Below the pieces are notes generated by a model, which saw nothing but the letters and a program-made list of their open reading frames with translations, searched no databases and was not told the origin of the DNA. DNA of 64,000 bases, taken from assembly GCA_963748825.1 (NCBI GenBank), contig CAVVKN010000022.1, positions 32,001 through 96,000 of the forward strand, in the 5' to 3' direction. Origin of the DNA: Methanotrichaceae archaeon. Its GTDB lineage: Archaea; Halobacteriota; Methanosarcinia; Methanotrichales; Methanotrichaceae. How positions within the stretch are numbered: the stretch's first letter is position 1; each line of letters starts with the position of its first letter. A program made the translations under genes and the position numbers. This document shows positions 9,260 through 19,501 of this stretch, one piece after another.

Positions 9260-9345
9260 GCACAACATCATCCATCTTTTCTGATGTCAGCTTTCGCTTT
9301 TCAGTATCAGCTTTTGATTGTCTCATCTTTTTCCCTGCATAGTTT
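9260..9345 (-). pseudogene. LEA-like remnant
   Basis: AGKKMRQSKADTEK/AKADIRK/MDD with frameshifts; resembles the end of 5074-5364. Confidence 0.45.
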
Positions 9346-9516
9346 CCTGCGTGATTTATATAAACGAGAAAAGATTTAGACAGCACCCCCCGCATTCCTG
9401 CGAAGAGGGGGCGCCAGAGCGGACACGCGCGCAGGAGCCCGGTACATCGAATATCCTTGCTATTCTGCAGAAGGACTCACAAAGGCTGAATCTGGCAATT
9501 GTGACTTTATCTCGAA

Positions 9517-9672
9517 CTAGACTTCGATCAACACGTTGTGCCTCTCAAAGAACTCTTTTAATGCTTCTTCTACAACTTCACTTTGGGCACGCATGCTGCT
9601 CTTTGTTTTTGCCGTATAAACCTTAAGCGTTTTGGCTATAGGTTCGGATAAGGTCAATGTAGTTTTGGGCAT
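9517..9672 (-). CDS. 51-aa ribbon-helix-helix protein, intact copy, missed by the ORF track
   Basis: MPKTTLTLSEPIAKTLKVYTAKTKSSMRAQSEVVEEALKEFFERHNVLIEV; TATATA about 27 nt upstream. Confidence 0.8.
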   Translation of the reverse strand: MPKTTLTLSEPIAKTLKVYTAKTKSSMRAQSEVVEEALKEFFERHNVLIEV

Positions 9673-9879
9673 TAATCCCTGTCGATCAGGACATTACGTA
9701 TATATAGATTATGACTCATATCTATTTATGTGCCCAAATATTTATATTTAAAAATATTTTTTAATACAAAAGTAGAATAATTTTAAAGTTAAAACTCGAA
9801 CTGCAAATAAGAAAAATTCTGGAAGCCCAGATGCGCTCATAACGAATATGTAGAATTTACTGGGCTTAGGCGGCGTAGC

Positions 9880-12171
9880 CTATCGGGCTATCTTTACCTC
9901 CACGAAATGCTCCTTTTGATCATCTACCAAGTGTATCGACCCGTCGCTCTGCACCAGGCCGTCAACCGTCACGCTTTGCGCTGCCCCCGCCCGCATAACC
10001 GTGATGTGGTAGAATGTCTCACGATAGCGGTAATGCAAGCGATACGACTTCCAATCATCAGGAAGACAGGGGGTAAAGCGTAGCCTGTCAACGTCCAGCC
10101 TCAGTCCAAGCAGCGATTCTACTATGAGGCGATACATCCAGCCTGCAGCTCCCGTGTACCAGGTCCATCCGCCGCGCCCGGTGTGCGGTGTGAATGCATA
10201 GACATCTGCTGCAACGACGTATGGCTCTGCCATGTAGATCGCAACCTCCTCCGGGGTCGAGCCGTGGTTTACAGGGTTGATAATAGACAATAGCTCCCAG
10301 GCCCTGGCGCTGTCGCCCATGGCAGCAAAAGCCATAATCACCCAAATAGCCGCATGGGTATACTGCCCGCCATTCTCTCTCACTCCCGGGACGTAGCCTT
10401 TGATATAGCCGGGATCGGAGTCGGACTTATCGAAGGGCGGCCCCAGGAGCTGTATCAGCGAGGCATCTCTATTGACCAGAATGCGATCCACTTCCTCCAT
10501 CGCCCTCTTCGATCTCTCTGGATCTCCGCCGCCGGATAGAACAGACCAGCTCTGTGATATGGAATCGATCTGACATTCCGCGTTGGCAGCGGACCCGAGG
10601 GTCTCTCCGTTATCGAAGTAGGCGCGCAGGTACCAATGGCCATCCCACCCGAACTCTTTGATCTTCTGGCGCAGATTGGAGGACTCGCTGCTACATTGAT
10701 CTGCAAATGCTGCATCGCCACGCAGAAGGGCAATCTCAGAGAACTTCATAAGCACGTGGTACTGGAAGAAGGCCAGCCAGACACTCTCGCCTCTGCCCTG
10801 ATAGCCTACGCGGTTCATGCTGTCGTTCCAGTCTCCGGAACCCATGAGGGGCAGGCCGTGCCGGCCAAACGAAAGACCTTTCCTGATGGCTCTGACACAG
10901 TGCTCGTAAAGGGTGCCGGACTCCTCTGACCTCGTGGGAAGGTCATAATAGGCCTCCTCATCAGGTTTTACGAGCCTGCCCTCAATAAATTTGATGCGCT
11001 CGTCAAGCACGCCGGTGTCTCCGGTAGCTGTTACGTATCGGTGAGCCGCCAGCGGCAGCCAGAGGTAATCATCAGTGCTGTGAGTGCGCGCGCCGCGTCC
11101 AGAAGGAGGATGCCACCAGTGCAAAACGTCTCCCTCCAGGAACTGGTGGGCTGCACATCGCAGGAGATGTTCCCTAACTAATTGCGGCTCTGTGTATATC
11201 AGCGCCATCACGTCTTGCAGTTGGTCGCGGAAGCCGAATGCTCCGCTTGACTGATAGTATCCGCTGCGCGCCCAGATGCGGCAGGCTAACGTCTGGTAGA
11301 GGAGCCAGCCGTTCGTAAGCACATTGATGGCCATATCCGGTGTCTCCACGTGCACCGCGCCAAGGGTGCGGTTCCAGTAGCTCCACACAGCCTCAAGAGC
11401 ACTTCTGGCCGGACCAGATCCGCGAAAACGCAAAATTAAGCTGCGAGCGTCGTTCGTATCCCGTCCAATGCCAAAAGTAAAGACGATCTCGCGCTCCTGC
11501 CCGTCTGCTAGATCGATCTCTACCTGCATGGCTGCACATGGGTCCATGGCCGCGCCAACTCTGTTGGAGAGTCTTTCACGCGCCAGGGCGGCAGGCTGGG
11601 CCATCTTGCCATTTCGGCCAAGGAACTCGGTCCTGTCCCCAGAGAAGCTGCCCACATCCTCGTTCACATCCAGGAAGACTATCCTTCCAGGAAAATCCGT
11701 GTTGTACGCATTTCTGGCAAAGAGGGCCCCGGTCCTGGGATCTATCTCTGTGGTAATGTGCATCCCCGTCTTAGAATGCGTCTCTCCCAGCACCAGCTCG
11801 ATGTAGCTGGTCACAGATAGCCTGCGGGACACGCCGGACTCATTGCGGACCAAGAGCCTGCAAAACTTCATGGGAGCGTCTATCGCCACGTATACCCACA
11901 GCTCAGATGCAATCCCACTCTCTTTGTGCTCGAAGACGCTGTAGCCGAACCCGTGCCTGCAGGTGTAAGGCGTCTTGCCGCGGGCGGGCAATGCCGTGGG
12001 CGACCAGAACGCTCCGCTCTCCTCATCGCGAATGTACAGAGCCTCGCCGCAGGTATCGCTCACCGGATCGTTATACCATGGTGTGAGGCGGAACTGCTGG
12101 GAGTTCTCGCCCCATGTGTATGCTCCGCCGCTCTCCGAGATTACAGTCCCGAAATTGGGGTTTGATATCAC
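9880..12171 (-). CDS. ndvB: Cyclic beta-1,2-glucan synthase, C-terminal GH94 phosphorylase part; frame continues upstream to about 12320
   Basis: YQSSGAFGFRDQLQD, GDWND and RENGGQYTHAA motifs; upstream in-frame FFNGLGGFTKDGREY...TPAPWSNVI. Confidence 0.9.
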   Translation of the reverse strand: MISNPNFGTVISESGGAYTWGENSQQFRLTPWYNDPVSDTCGEALYIRDEESGAFWSPTALPARGKTPYTCRHGFGYSVFEHKESGIASELWVYVAIDAPMKFCRLLVRNESGVSRRLSVTSYIELVLGETHSKTGMHITTEIDPRTGALFARNAYNTDFPGRIVFLDVNEDVGSFSGDRTEFLGRNGKMAQPAALARERLSNRVGAAMDPCAAMQVEIDLADGQEREIVFTFGIGRDTNDARSLILRFRGSGPARSALEAVWSYWNRTLGAVHVETPDMAINVLTNGWLLYQTLACRIWARSGYYQSSGAFGFRDQLQDVMALIYTEPQLVREHLLRCAAHQFLEGDVLHWWHPPSGRGARTHSTDDYLWLPLAAHRYVTATGDTGVLDERIKFIEGRLVKPDEEAYYDLPTRSEESGTLYEHCVRAIRKGLSFGRHGLPLMGSGDWNDSMNRVGYQGRGESVWLAFFQYHVLMKFSEIALLRGDAAFADQCSSESSNLRQKIKEFGWDGHWYLRAYFDNGETLGSAANAECQIDSISQSWSVLSGGGDPERSKRAMEEVDRILVNRDASLIQLLGPPFDKSDSDPGYIKGYVPGVRENGGQYTHAAIWVIMAFAAMGDSARAWELLSIINPVNHGSTPEEVAIYMAEPYVVAADVYAFTPHTGRGGWTWYTGAAGWMYRLIVESLLGLRLDVDRLRFTPCLPDDWKSYRLHYRYRETFYHITVMRAGAAQSVTVDGLVQSDGSIHLVDDQKEHFVEVKIAR

Positions 12172-12280
12172 ATTCGACCACGGAGCTGGGGTCGCTTGTC
12201 CAGGAGCAATCCGGATTATGTACTCGCGCCCGTCCTTTGTGAACCCGCCAAGACCATTGAAGAAGATCAGATCCCGGCCG

Positions 12281-15200
12281 TTAGACGTAGCCGCCTCGTT
12301 GTTCTCGACCTGGATCAGCCTTTTTTTGCTTTAACAGAGGAACGGTTCCCAAGAGTCCACTCTTGCGTTCGAGCTGATCCTCAAAAGTTCCCTGGTCATC
12401 TGTGAAGATGGCCTTGGCCACGGCCTGTACCAGGATCCTGGCCTCATCAGAGATCTGATCCGTGTGCAAAACAAATACGCCGCCCGGCCGGTCCAGAGTG
12501 CAGGCTTCAGTGCAAGAGGAAATCAGGCCCATAATATCGTCCTGGAGATGCTGTCTGTATCCAGAGCTGTCTTCGTTCCAGACCACTAGATCTACTTCCA
12601 GCCCCATCATGCGCCAGTAAGCATGGGCCCTCAAGAGCTGGTGCACCAGCTCGATGTAAGATCGATCTCCTATCCTCAGCAGTACAATCGGATAGTCGCC
12701 CGAGATGCGGTAAGCCCACAGGCCTGACTGGCCACTGTGGTTGCTCAAAAGAACGCTCGGGCTGGCGCGCCAGGTTGGGCTGGGGTAGAGTATGGCGCTG
12801 ACAAGTCGCTCATAGAGCTGGATATCGGCCTCGGCGATGTTCAGCTGCTGCATGATCATCTGGTTGTGAGTCCAGGCCAGGTCGTAGACGCGGTCTGCCA
12901 TGCGCACGTCGTGGTATTTATCGATCAGCTCCATGGCGGCAGCCCGCGTCTCTGCAATGCCTGTGATGAAGTTGACCCTGGCCGTCTCTCCGGGATTGAT
13001 CGTGACAACGCGCCTGATGGCAACGATGGGATCTAAGACAGATCCTTCGCTATCTGAGAGCTTTGATGACCCCGTCAAAGCCACAGGATCTGCGGCAGTT
13101 CTTCCCCTGCCTATGAACTTCAAGCGGTCTGTTTCATAGGAAACTTCGTCAACCTCAATGTTCTCCGCTGCGATCAGGTGCAGCATCCAGGGAGTTCTCT
13201 CGTCCTTCGACCTTGGCCGGCGGGTGCAGAGGATCGCAGATCTCTTGCGGACGATCTCCGTTTCTACGAAGAGATTGCTGAAAGAGGGATGTGTCGCATC
13301 GGCTGCAGGGGTCGTCAAGACGACCTCTGCATAGCTGGTCAGCTCTATCCTTCGCTTTCTCAATGATCGGTTGGTGACGCTGATGCTGCGTAGCTCCAAA
13401 TCGTCCTCAGGGGAGACGACCACTTCGGCATAGGTATCAATATCCGAGACCCTTGACCAGAATTCTGCCATCGATCCCCGGAAGATCGCCTGGTACGTCT
13501 CAGTGTCTCTGAGCACAGGTTGATATCCTGCAGACCAGACCTCGCCGCTGTCCAGGTCACGGATATAGAAGAACATGCCATCATTGTCGCGGGTGGGGTC
13601 ACCATGCCAGCGAGTAACAGCGATCTCCTTCCATTTGCTGTAGCCCCCGCCTGAACTGGAGACCATTACACTGTATTTGCCATTAGAGAGCAGGTGCACC
13701 TCTGGTCGGGAAGTGTTCGGATCATCGATGACCCGCAGGGACTCGCGCCTGTCCAGCATGCCGGCCCTCCAGATTGATGCCGAAACCTCAGAAGCATGGG
13801 GATAGAAGGGCGAGGCCTTCGGAACCCTCTCTTGGAGAAGCAGATCCGCAGCCTGGAAGATAGGGTTGGCCATGAACCTTCTTTGCATGGGTCGGTCTAA
13901 AAGCACATAATCCAGAGATAGGAAGCTCATGCCCTGGTGGTGGGCCATGAAGGACTGCACAGTTGCACTGGTCTCGTCTCGAGGAAGACGCGATGAGGTG
14001 TAATCGATCGCCTCGTAGAAGCCATACAGCCCAAGATAGCCCTCGTCAGCCATCCGCTGCAGGTTGGTGCATGCCTCAGCCGGTTCCACCATCAGTGCCA
14101 GAGCCGAGGCGTAAGGCGCAATCACCAGGTCCTCAATCAGCCCGCGCTTAAATCCCAGGCCAGGCGCTCCGAAGGCGCGGTACTGGTAAATCAGGTTGAC
14201 ATCTGTCATGTTGTAGCCCGACTCTGAGATGCCCCAGGGAACTCCGCGCTGTTCTCCGTATTCGATTTGTCGCCTGACGATCGCCCTATAGGTTTGGCTT
14301 AAGAGGGTGTTCTCATAGGTAGGCATGATCAGTTGCGGCATGAGATACTCGAACATGGTTCCACCCCATGAGAGCAAAGCCAGCTCTCCGCCTGCGATGG
14401 TAAGCATGCGACCCAGGGCAAACCAGTGCTCTTGCTTAAGACTCCCTTGGGCGATGGCAACGAAGCTGGATAACCTGGCTTCGGATGCCAGCAGATCATA
14501 GCAGCTCTCATCGCGTCTGAGGTCGTCGACGTTGTAGCCTATGGCAAGAAGCCGACGTGACTTATCGAAGAGGAAGTCGTATCTTATTTCGGCAAGCTCG
14601 CCGCAGTCAAGTGCGAGCCTCTCGATGGAGGAAATCCTTTGGGCGGCTCTTTCGCCTGCCTGTGTTATCATTTGCTTGAGCGAAAGGAGCCATTCTCTCT
14701 CTTCCCCGCTCTGCAGGCTGCTAAGGATCTCTTCAATCATAGGCTTGAGTTTCATAGCCATTTCTGGCACTTCCAGCAGAGATGGAATGCTGTCAAGCTT
14801 GAGTAGTTCTATTTGCAGTTCGTCCATCCTTCTTGCCTCTTCTGCGAATTCAGGAGTAAAGACATCCTCCTTGATAGGATGGATCATCACCCATAGAGGC
14901 AACATTAGCCATGGAGCCGTTTGAATCAAGTCGTCCAGATGGTCCTGGATCTGCAACTCATACGCCTGGAGCCATGACTTCACACTTTCATCTACTTCCG
15001 GGGCCAAGCTATCTATTATCCCTGTTACAGCCCTTGCTTGCTTGTCCAGCAGCATCCAGGCAGCCAGGAGCGCAGATGGAGGCGACAAAAGCTCATCCTT
15101 AAACTGACGGATCTGGTCGAGCACCTGCATAGGCATGATTTCATTCTCAGGCTCATGCAAAGGCTCGTCTCTTGTTGCCATATCCAAAATAATATACAAC

Positions 15201-18200
15201 GTATCCGTAAGACCGTCAAAGACCTGATGAGTCAGGATCTTCTGATCAGGAAGCTCTAATAGCCCCTGCTGCAGAGTCAGCAAATGGCCTGCCAGGTTTC
15301 CGCTATCCACAGTTGAGATGTACTTGGGCTGCATTGGCTCTAGTAGCTTGATATCGTACCAATTGTAAAAGTGGCCCTGGAACCGTTCCAGCACTTTCAT
15401 GGTCTGAAGGGAGCTGGCAGTGCGCTCTATCAGCTTTCCTGCTGAGATATAGCCAAAGTCGTATGCCGCCAGGTTTGCCAAAAGCGACAGCCCCATATTC
15501 GTGGGCGATGTGCCGTTGGCAACTACTGAGCGCGGGTTCTCCTGATAGTTGTCAGGCGGAAGCCAGTGGCTTATGGGCCCCACGAATGTCTCGAAGAACT
15601 TCCATGTCTTCCGAGAAAGCTTGCGCAGGAAGATCGTCTGATCCTCGCTCAGTTTTGCCTTGGGTGTGTCAAGTGGCAGGCTGATCCACCAGGCAACCGC
15701 AGGTGCGAGGCTCCAAGATACCAGCAGCGGCCAGACGATGAACGGCAGATCAGGACGCCAAAACTCGAGATAAGAGGCCATGGCAATGGCTACAGCCGGT
15801 GCGATCCACATCGACTGGTAGATTCCAGCCAGATCACTCTTCCCGCTACTCTTGGAGCTGCTCGAAGAGTTCCATTCCAGCAGCAGCTTATGGGTGAATA
15901 GCATTCTCCATCCGGCGCGCACAACTGCATCCAGGCTGAAGAAGGCCTCATACGGCAGGAAGGTCAGGCTGAGCCCTGCCTGGGCCAGGTATCTGACAAT
16001 TGCTCTCCCGGCAGAATACAGGTGCTGATCCATGGGCAGTTCGGCAGACTTATTCAGGATCACTCGGATGCAAGCTAGAACCGATGGAGCCAGAACCGCT
16101 CCTACCACTACAATTGTCCAAAACCTCGGCTCCAGCAGCAGCAACCATGCCAATAGCAACAGTAAAATCTGGGCTGGGTTCACGAGGCTGCGCCGAAGGT
16201 TATCGAGGATCTTCCATCGGGATAATCCTGAGATTGGATTATCCATGACCATGCCTCCGGGGCCTGGCACGCGCATGAGCAGCCAACTGGCAATCTGCCA
16301 GTCTCCCCTGATCCATCTGTGCCTTCGGCCAACGTCTGTGGTGTAGCGGTAGGGATAGTCCTCATAGAATTGCACATCGCTGACCAGTGCCGCTCTGGCA
16401 TAGCTACCCTCCAAAAGATCATGACTCAGGATCCGGTTATCTGGAAAGCGTCCACCCAGAGACTGCGAGAAGGCATCCACGTCGTAGATTCCCTTGCCGG
16501 TAAAGGAGCCTTCTCCGAAAATGTCCTGGTAGACATCCGAGACCTCACGCGTGTATGGATCAATTCCTGGCTCGCCTCCAAAGAGCTTCACAAACCTCGA
16601 TCGATCTGCCTCGGGCATGCCTGAGCTCAGGCGAGGATGGAGTATGCTGTAACCCTCAGCGACATATTGCTTATGCTCATCGAACCTGGGGCGGTTGAGG
16701 GGGTGAGCTATGGTCTCCACCAGCCGCCTGGCTGAGTCATAGGGCATCCTGGTATCTTCGTCAACTGTGATTACGTACTTCATCCCGGGCAGGATCGATA
16801 CGTCTCCCGTAATTACGGAGAAGCTATTTTCAGATCCGCCTCGCAATAGAGAGTTGAGCTCCCCGAGTATGCCCCTTTTTCTCTCAAAGCCCCTCCATAT
16901 CTCCTCCTTGGGGTCCCACCTGCGCTGGCGGGGGAAGAGAAAGAAGATACCCTCAGAGTACTTTTCATTCAGAGCCTCGACTCCCTGACGAGCCATAATT
17001 AGCAGATGCTCATCCTCAGGCACGACCTCCTGCACGGCGTCGCCCAGATCCGTCAGAAGGCCGAAGTGGAGGTTTATATCCCGGTTTGCCAGGTATCGAA
17101 CCTCGAGAGCCTCCAGCAGATCCATAACTTTTTCCGGGCTGGTCAGAACAGATGGCACCACCACCAGCGTTCGCAGCTCTTCTGGAATGCCTGAAGAGAA
17201 GTCCATTCTGGGGAGAGCATGAGGCCTGACCAGCAGAGTCGCCAGCCAGTTCACCAGGCCGACTGCAGGACTGCTTATGCAGATCACCAGGAAGATGGAA
17301 GCTAAGACCAGCATCCATCCGCCCGATCCAAGCTCATAAGCCTGGCCCAGTACTGCAGCGGTGGTGAGGGCAGTGACCAGCGTTATCGCGCCTAGATAGC
17401 AGAGCAGAGGATACTGTTGAATAGTCCTGCTAAGTGCCTCCATCAGCGACCGGCTCATCCCGGCAGCCCTCTCAAGATCAGGTAGCCCCTTATCTATCAG
17501 GTAGAACCCGACGTGTGCACTTCGATCTTCGCTGCCCTTAGCCACAACACTTTCCTGGGCGAGTTTTACCGCCAAAAGTGCGACCTCTTCCTCAGAATGC
17601 AAGCTGCACCTTGCGATCCTCTCAACTGTGTGGCGATAACGGTCCCGGGTGGTAAAGTCCATCTGGCTATATGTGCCTCCAGGGTCCATGTGCAGTACCT
17701 TCTCGACAGCGCTCGTCCCCTCTACAAACTTCCTCCAGTCCATGGACTCAAGAAAACGAAAGCTTCCAATGCTGTTGCCTACGGAAACCTTATCTGCAGC
17801 CTCTTGTTGGATATACTCCTGGACCATCTGCCCGGTGGTCTTTCCTATCTCAGATAGACGCTCTTCAATCCATATTAACGGGAGAGCCAGAGCATGGCTC
17901 TGTCCCTCTAACCTTCGGGCAAATTCAGCAACAAAGGCACAAGACATTGGTGGGTCTGAGCTGGCCAGATCAGCCACCACAACGATCATACTCTTTGGTT
18001 TTGTCTCTGCCGTGAGAATAACCTGATCTGCCCAGTAACCTGCCAGGTTGCGGTCAGTACTGTTCTTGGCTATTCGCAAAGAGATGCGCCGCAGGTTCTC
18101 TATCAGCGCCAGGCGGAGCATGATCGCAACTGCCCAGATCTCGCCCAGGTTAAGGACTGTGACAGTCTGATAAGCATCCACGATGCTTTTTAGATTTTCT

Positions 18201-18673
18201 GCATCCACCTGGCCATCGGTATGAAGGATCAGCTCCCGAACAAGTTCATAAATGCGCGGGTAGCCGGCCAGCGGCCCTCTGAGCAAATGCGGCAGCTCTT
18301 TGCTGTAATCTTTCGGCAGATGCAGCTTGGCCGTGCGGATCTGTTTTTCTATCTTGTAGAAGTTGTCAAGCAGCCACTCAGAAGCCGGTGCTGTCCTGAG
18401 GTTCGATGCCGCAGCCTCTGTCAGCAGCTCGTTTGTCTGCTGTAGGATCTCCTCGTTCTCAGCCAGCCTAGGCAAGAGCAGGTCATTGCCGGGCATTGGA
18501 TCAACCTCATGGCGTTCTGCCAGCGCCTTAGCATGCCGCTCCAGCTGGTCGGTGCGAAGCAGCTCCGATCGCAGCGGCTGCTCAGAGCTGTATTGGCGTA
18601 GGAAGGCATTGCTGTCGAGGCGCGCCTTGAGACGGTTTAAGCTCCTTTGAACGTGATTTTGGCTTAGAATCAA
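12281..18673 (-). CDS. ndvB: Cyclic beta-1,2-glucan synthase (Cgs/ChvB/NdvB), N-terminal GT84, membrane and glucoamylase-like part
   Basis: EWLLDNF, ERKRG, GKGIYDV, LSHDLLEG, RWIRGDWQ, YDLLASEARL and WGISES motifs; split from the C-terminal part by a +1 shift at 12321-12327. Confidence 0.92.
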   Translation of the reverse strand: MILSQNHVQRSLNRLKARLDSNAFLRQYSSEQPLRSELLRTDQLERHAKALAERHEVDPMPGNDLLLPRLAENEEILQQTNELLTEAAASNLRTAPASEWLLDNFYKIEKQIRTAKLHLPKDYSKELPHLLRGPLAGYPRIYELVRELILHTDGQVDAENLKSIVDAYQTVTVLNLGEIWAVAIMLRLALIENLRRISLRIAKNSTDRNLAGYWADQVILTAETKPKSMIVVVADLASSDPPMSCAFVAEFARRLEGQSHALALPLIWIEERLSEIGKTTGQMVQEYIQQEAADKVSVGNSIGSFRFLESMDWRKFVEGTSAVEKVLHMDPGGTYSQMDFTTRDRYRHTVERIARCSLHSEEEVALLAVKLAQESVVAKGSEDRSAHVGFYLIDKGLPDLERAAGMSRSLMEALSRTIQQYPLLCYLGAITLVTALTTAAVLGQAYELGSGGWMLVLASIFLVICISSPAVGLVNWLATLLVRPHALPRMDFSSGIPEELRTLVVVPSVLTSPEKVMDLLEALEVRYLANRDINLHFGLLTDLGDAVQEVVPEDEHLLIMARQGVEALNEKYSEGIFFLFPRQRRWDPKEEIWRGFERKRGILGELNSLLRGGSENSFSVITGDVSILPGMKYVITVDEDTRMPYDSARRLVETIAHPLNRPRFDEHKQYVAEGYSILHPRLSSGMPEADRSRFVKLFGGEPGIDPYTREVSDVYQDIFGEGSFTGKGIYDVDAFSQSLGGRFPDNRILSHDLLEGSYARAALVSDVQFYEDYPYRYTTDVGRRHRWIRGDWQIASWLLMRVPGPGGMVMDNPISGLSRWKILDNLRRSLVNPAQILLLLLAWLLLLEPRFWTIVVVGAVLAPSVLACIRVILNKSAELPMDQHLYSAGRAIVRYLAQAGLSLTFLPYEAFFSLDAVVRAGWRMLFTHKLLLEWNSSSSSKSSGKSDLAGIYQSMWIAPAVAIAMASYLEFWRPDLPFIVWPLLVSWSLAPAVAWWISLPLDTPKAKLSEDQTIFLRKLSRKTWKFFETFVGPISHWLPPDNYQENPRSVVANGTSPTNMGLSLLANLAAYDFGYISAGKLIERTASSLQTMKVLERFQGHFYNWYDIKLLEPMQPKYISTVDSGNLAGHLLTLQQGLLELPDQKILTHQVFDGLTDTLYIILDMATRDEPLHEPENEIMPMQVLDQIRQFKDELLSPPSALLAAWMLLDKQARAVTGIIDSLAPEVDESVKSWLQAYELQIQDHLDDLIQTAPWLMLPLWVMIHPIKEDVFTPEFAEEARRMDELQIELLKLDSIPSLLEVPEMAMKLKPMIEEILSSLQSGEEREWLLSLKQMITQAGERAAQRISSIERLALDCGELAEIRYDFLFDKSRRLLAIGYNVDDLRRDESCYDLLASEARLSSFVAIAQGSLKQEHWFALGRMLTIAGGELALLSWGGTMFEYLMPQLIMPTYENTLLSQTYRAIVRRQIEYGEQRGVPWGISESGYNMTDVNLIYQYRAFGAPGLGFKRGLIEDLVIAPYASALALMVEPAEACTNLQRMADEGYLGLYGFYEAIDYTSSRLPRDETSATVQSFMAHHQGMSFLSLDYVLLDRPMQRRFMANPIFQAADLLLQERVPKASPFYPHASEVSASIWRAGMLDRRESLRVIDDPNTSRPEVHLLSNGKYSVMVSSSGGGYSKWKEIAVTRWHGDPTRDNDGMFFYIRDLDSGEVWSAGYQPVLRDTETYQAIFRGSMAEFWSRVSDIDTYAEVVVSPEDDLELRSISVTNRSLRKRRIELTSYAEVVLTTPAADATHPSFSNLFVETEIVRKRSAILCTRRPRSKDERTPWMLHLIAAENIEVDEVSYETDRLKFIGRGRTAADPVALTGSSKLSDSEGSVLDPIVAIRRVVTINPGETARVNFITGIAETRAAAMELIDKYHDVRMADRVYDLAWTHNQMIMQQLNIAEADIQLYERLVSAILYPSPTWRASPSVLLSNHSGQSGLWAYRISGDYPIVLLRIGDRSYIELVHQLLRAHAYWRMMGLEVDLVVWNEDSSGYRQHLQDDIMGLISSCTEACTLDRPGGVFVLHTDQISDEARILVQAVAKAIFTDDQGTFEDQLERKSGLLGTVPLLKQKKADPGREQRGGYV

Positions 18674-18912
18674 TTCTTGACACCTGGGTTAGCTAGTACT
18701 GCGGTTAAATATCGGTTGCCTGCCATTTTTGTCGCAGGAGGAAATAATGACTCGAATGCATGCTTTGAATAGTTATTGGCGTGTTACATCAGCCATTTAT
18801 TCCTCCTTTTATGAATCCAGATTTAATAGAATGCTATTGCATAATACGATTTTGGTACCTAAATTTTTGGATACATGAAATATATAAACACGAAGCTGCG
18901 TTATGATGCGTG

Positions 18913-19074
18913 ATGCAAGAAACTACATTGACTTTGTCCGAATAGGTGGCGAAAACTCTGAAAGTTTACACCGTACATTCCAAAAACAGCTTACTGGGTC
19001 AAAACCAGGTGGTCGAAGAGGCCTTAAGAGAGTTCTTCGAGAGGCACTGTGTTGATCGAGGAATAGCCAAGTAG
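18913..19074 (+). pseudogene. RHH gene copy with an in-frame TAG at codon 11
   Basis: MQETTLTLSE*VAKTLKVYTVHSKNSLLGQNQVVEEALREFFERH, preceded by the same divergent promoter block. Confidence 0.75.
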
Positions 19075-19191
19075 GCGAGTTGTTGAGAATAATGGAAAGA
19101 AATTCGCTCATATCAGGACTGAATGGATAATTCATCGATGTGATCTACATTGTGCCGAGGAAATAGAATAATACAGGAGCCAAGAGCTGGA

Positions 19192-19446
19192 TCAGCGCTC
19201 TAAACTCCGCTCGGCCAAATACGCCCTGGCCTTCTTGGGATCACAAGCCAGCTCATCAATTCGGTTCTCCGACATCTCCCAGAGCAGATTATCAATCGCA
19301 GTCTCGTCATCTCTCTTCTGCCACCAGGATAGGCAGATTTCTGCTGCCAGCTTACAGGCGTCCTCGTCCGTCAAATGGAGAGACGAGCAGAACGTCTCGC
19401 CCACGCATGCACCCACCGGTGCCCTAGTACAAAGATCACAGGTCAT
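19192..19446 (-). CDS. Small Cys-rich hypothetical protein
   Basis: CDLC/CVGETFC motifs; AAGGAG RBS. Confidence 0.55.
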   Translation of the reverse strand: MTCDLCTRAPVGACVGETFCSSLHLTDEDACKLAAEICLSWWQKRDDETAIDNLLWEMSENRIDELACDPKKARAYLAERSLER

Positions 19447-19501
19447 TTCGGCTCCTTATTTCGATTTACGGCATTTATAAATTAGAATTAGCCTCAGCTA
19501 T

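Noticed and set aside
18943-18945. Pyrrolysine read-through of the TAG in the RHH copy (also the TAG early in the IS relic)
   Set aside because: No pyl genes are seen, the position is not conserved as a special residue in paralogs, and the copy also diverges at its 3' end. A nonsense mutation is the simpler explanation.
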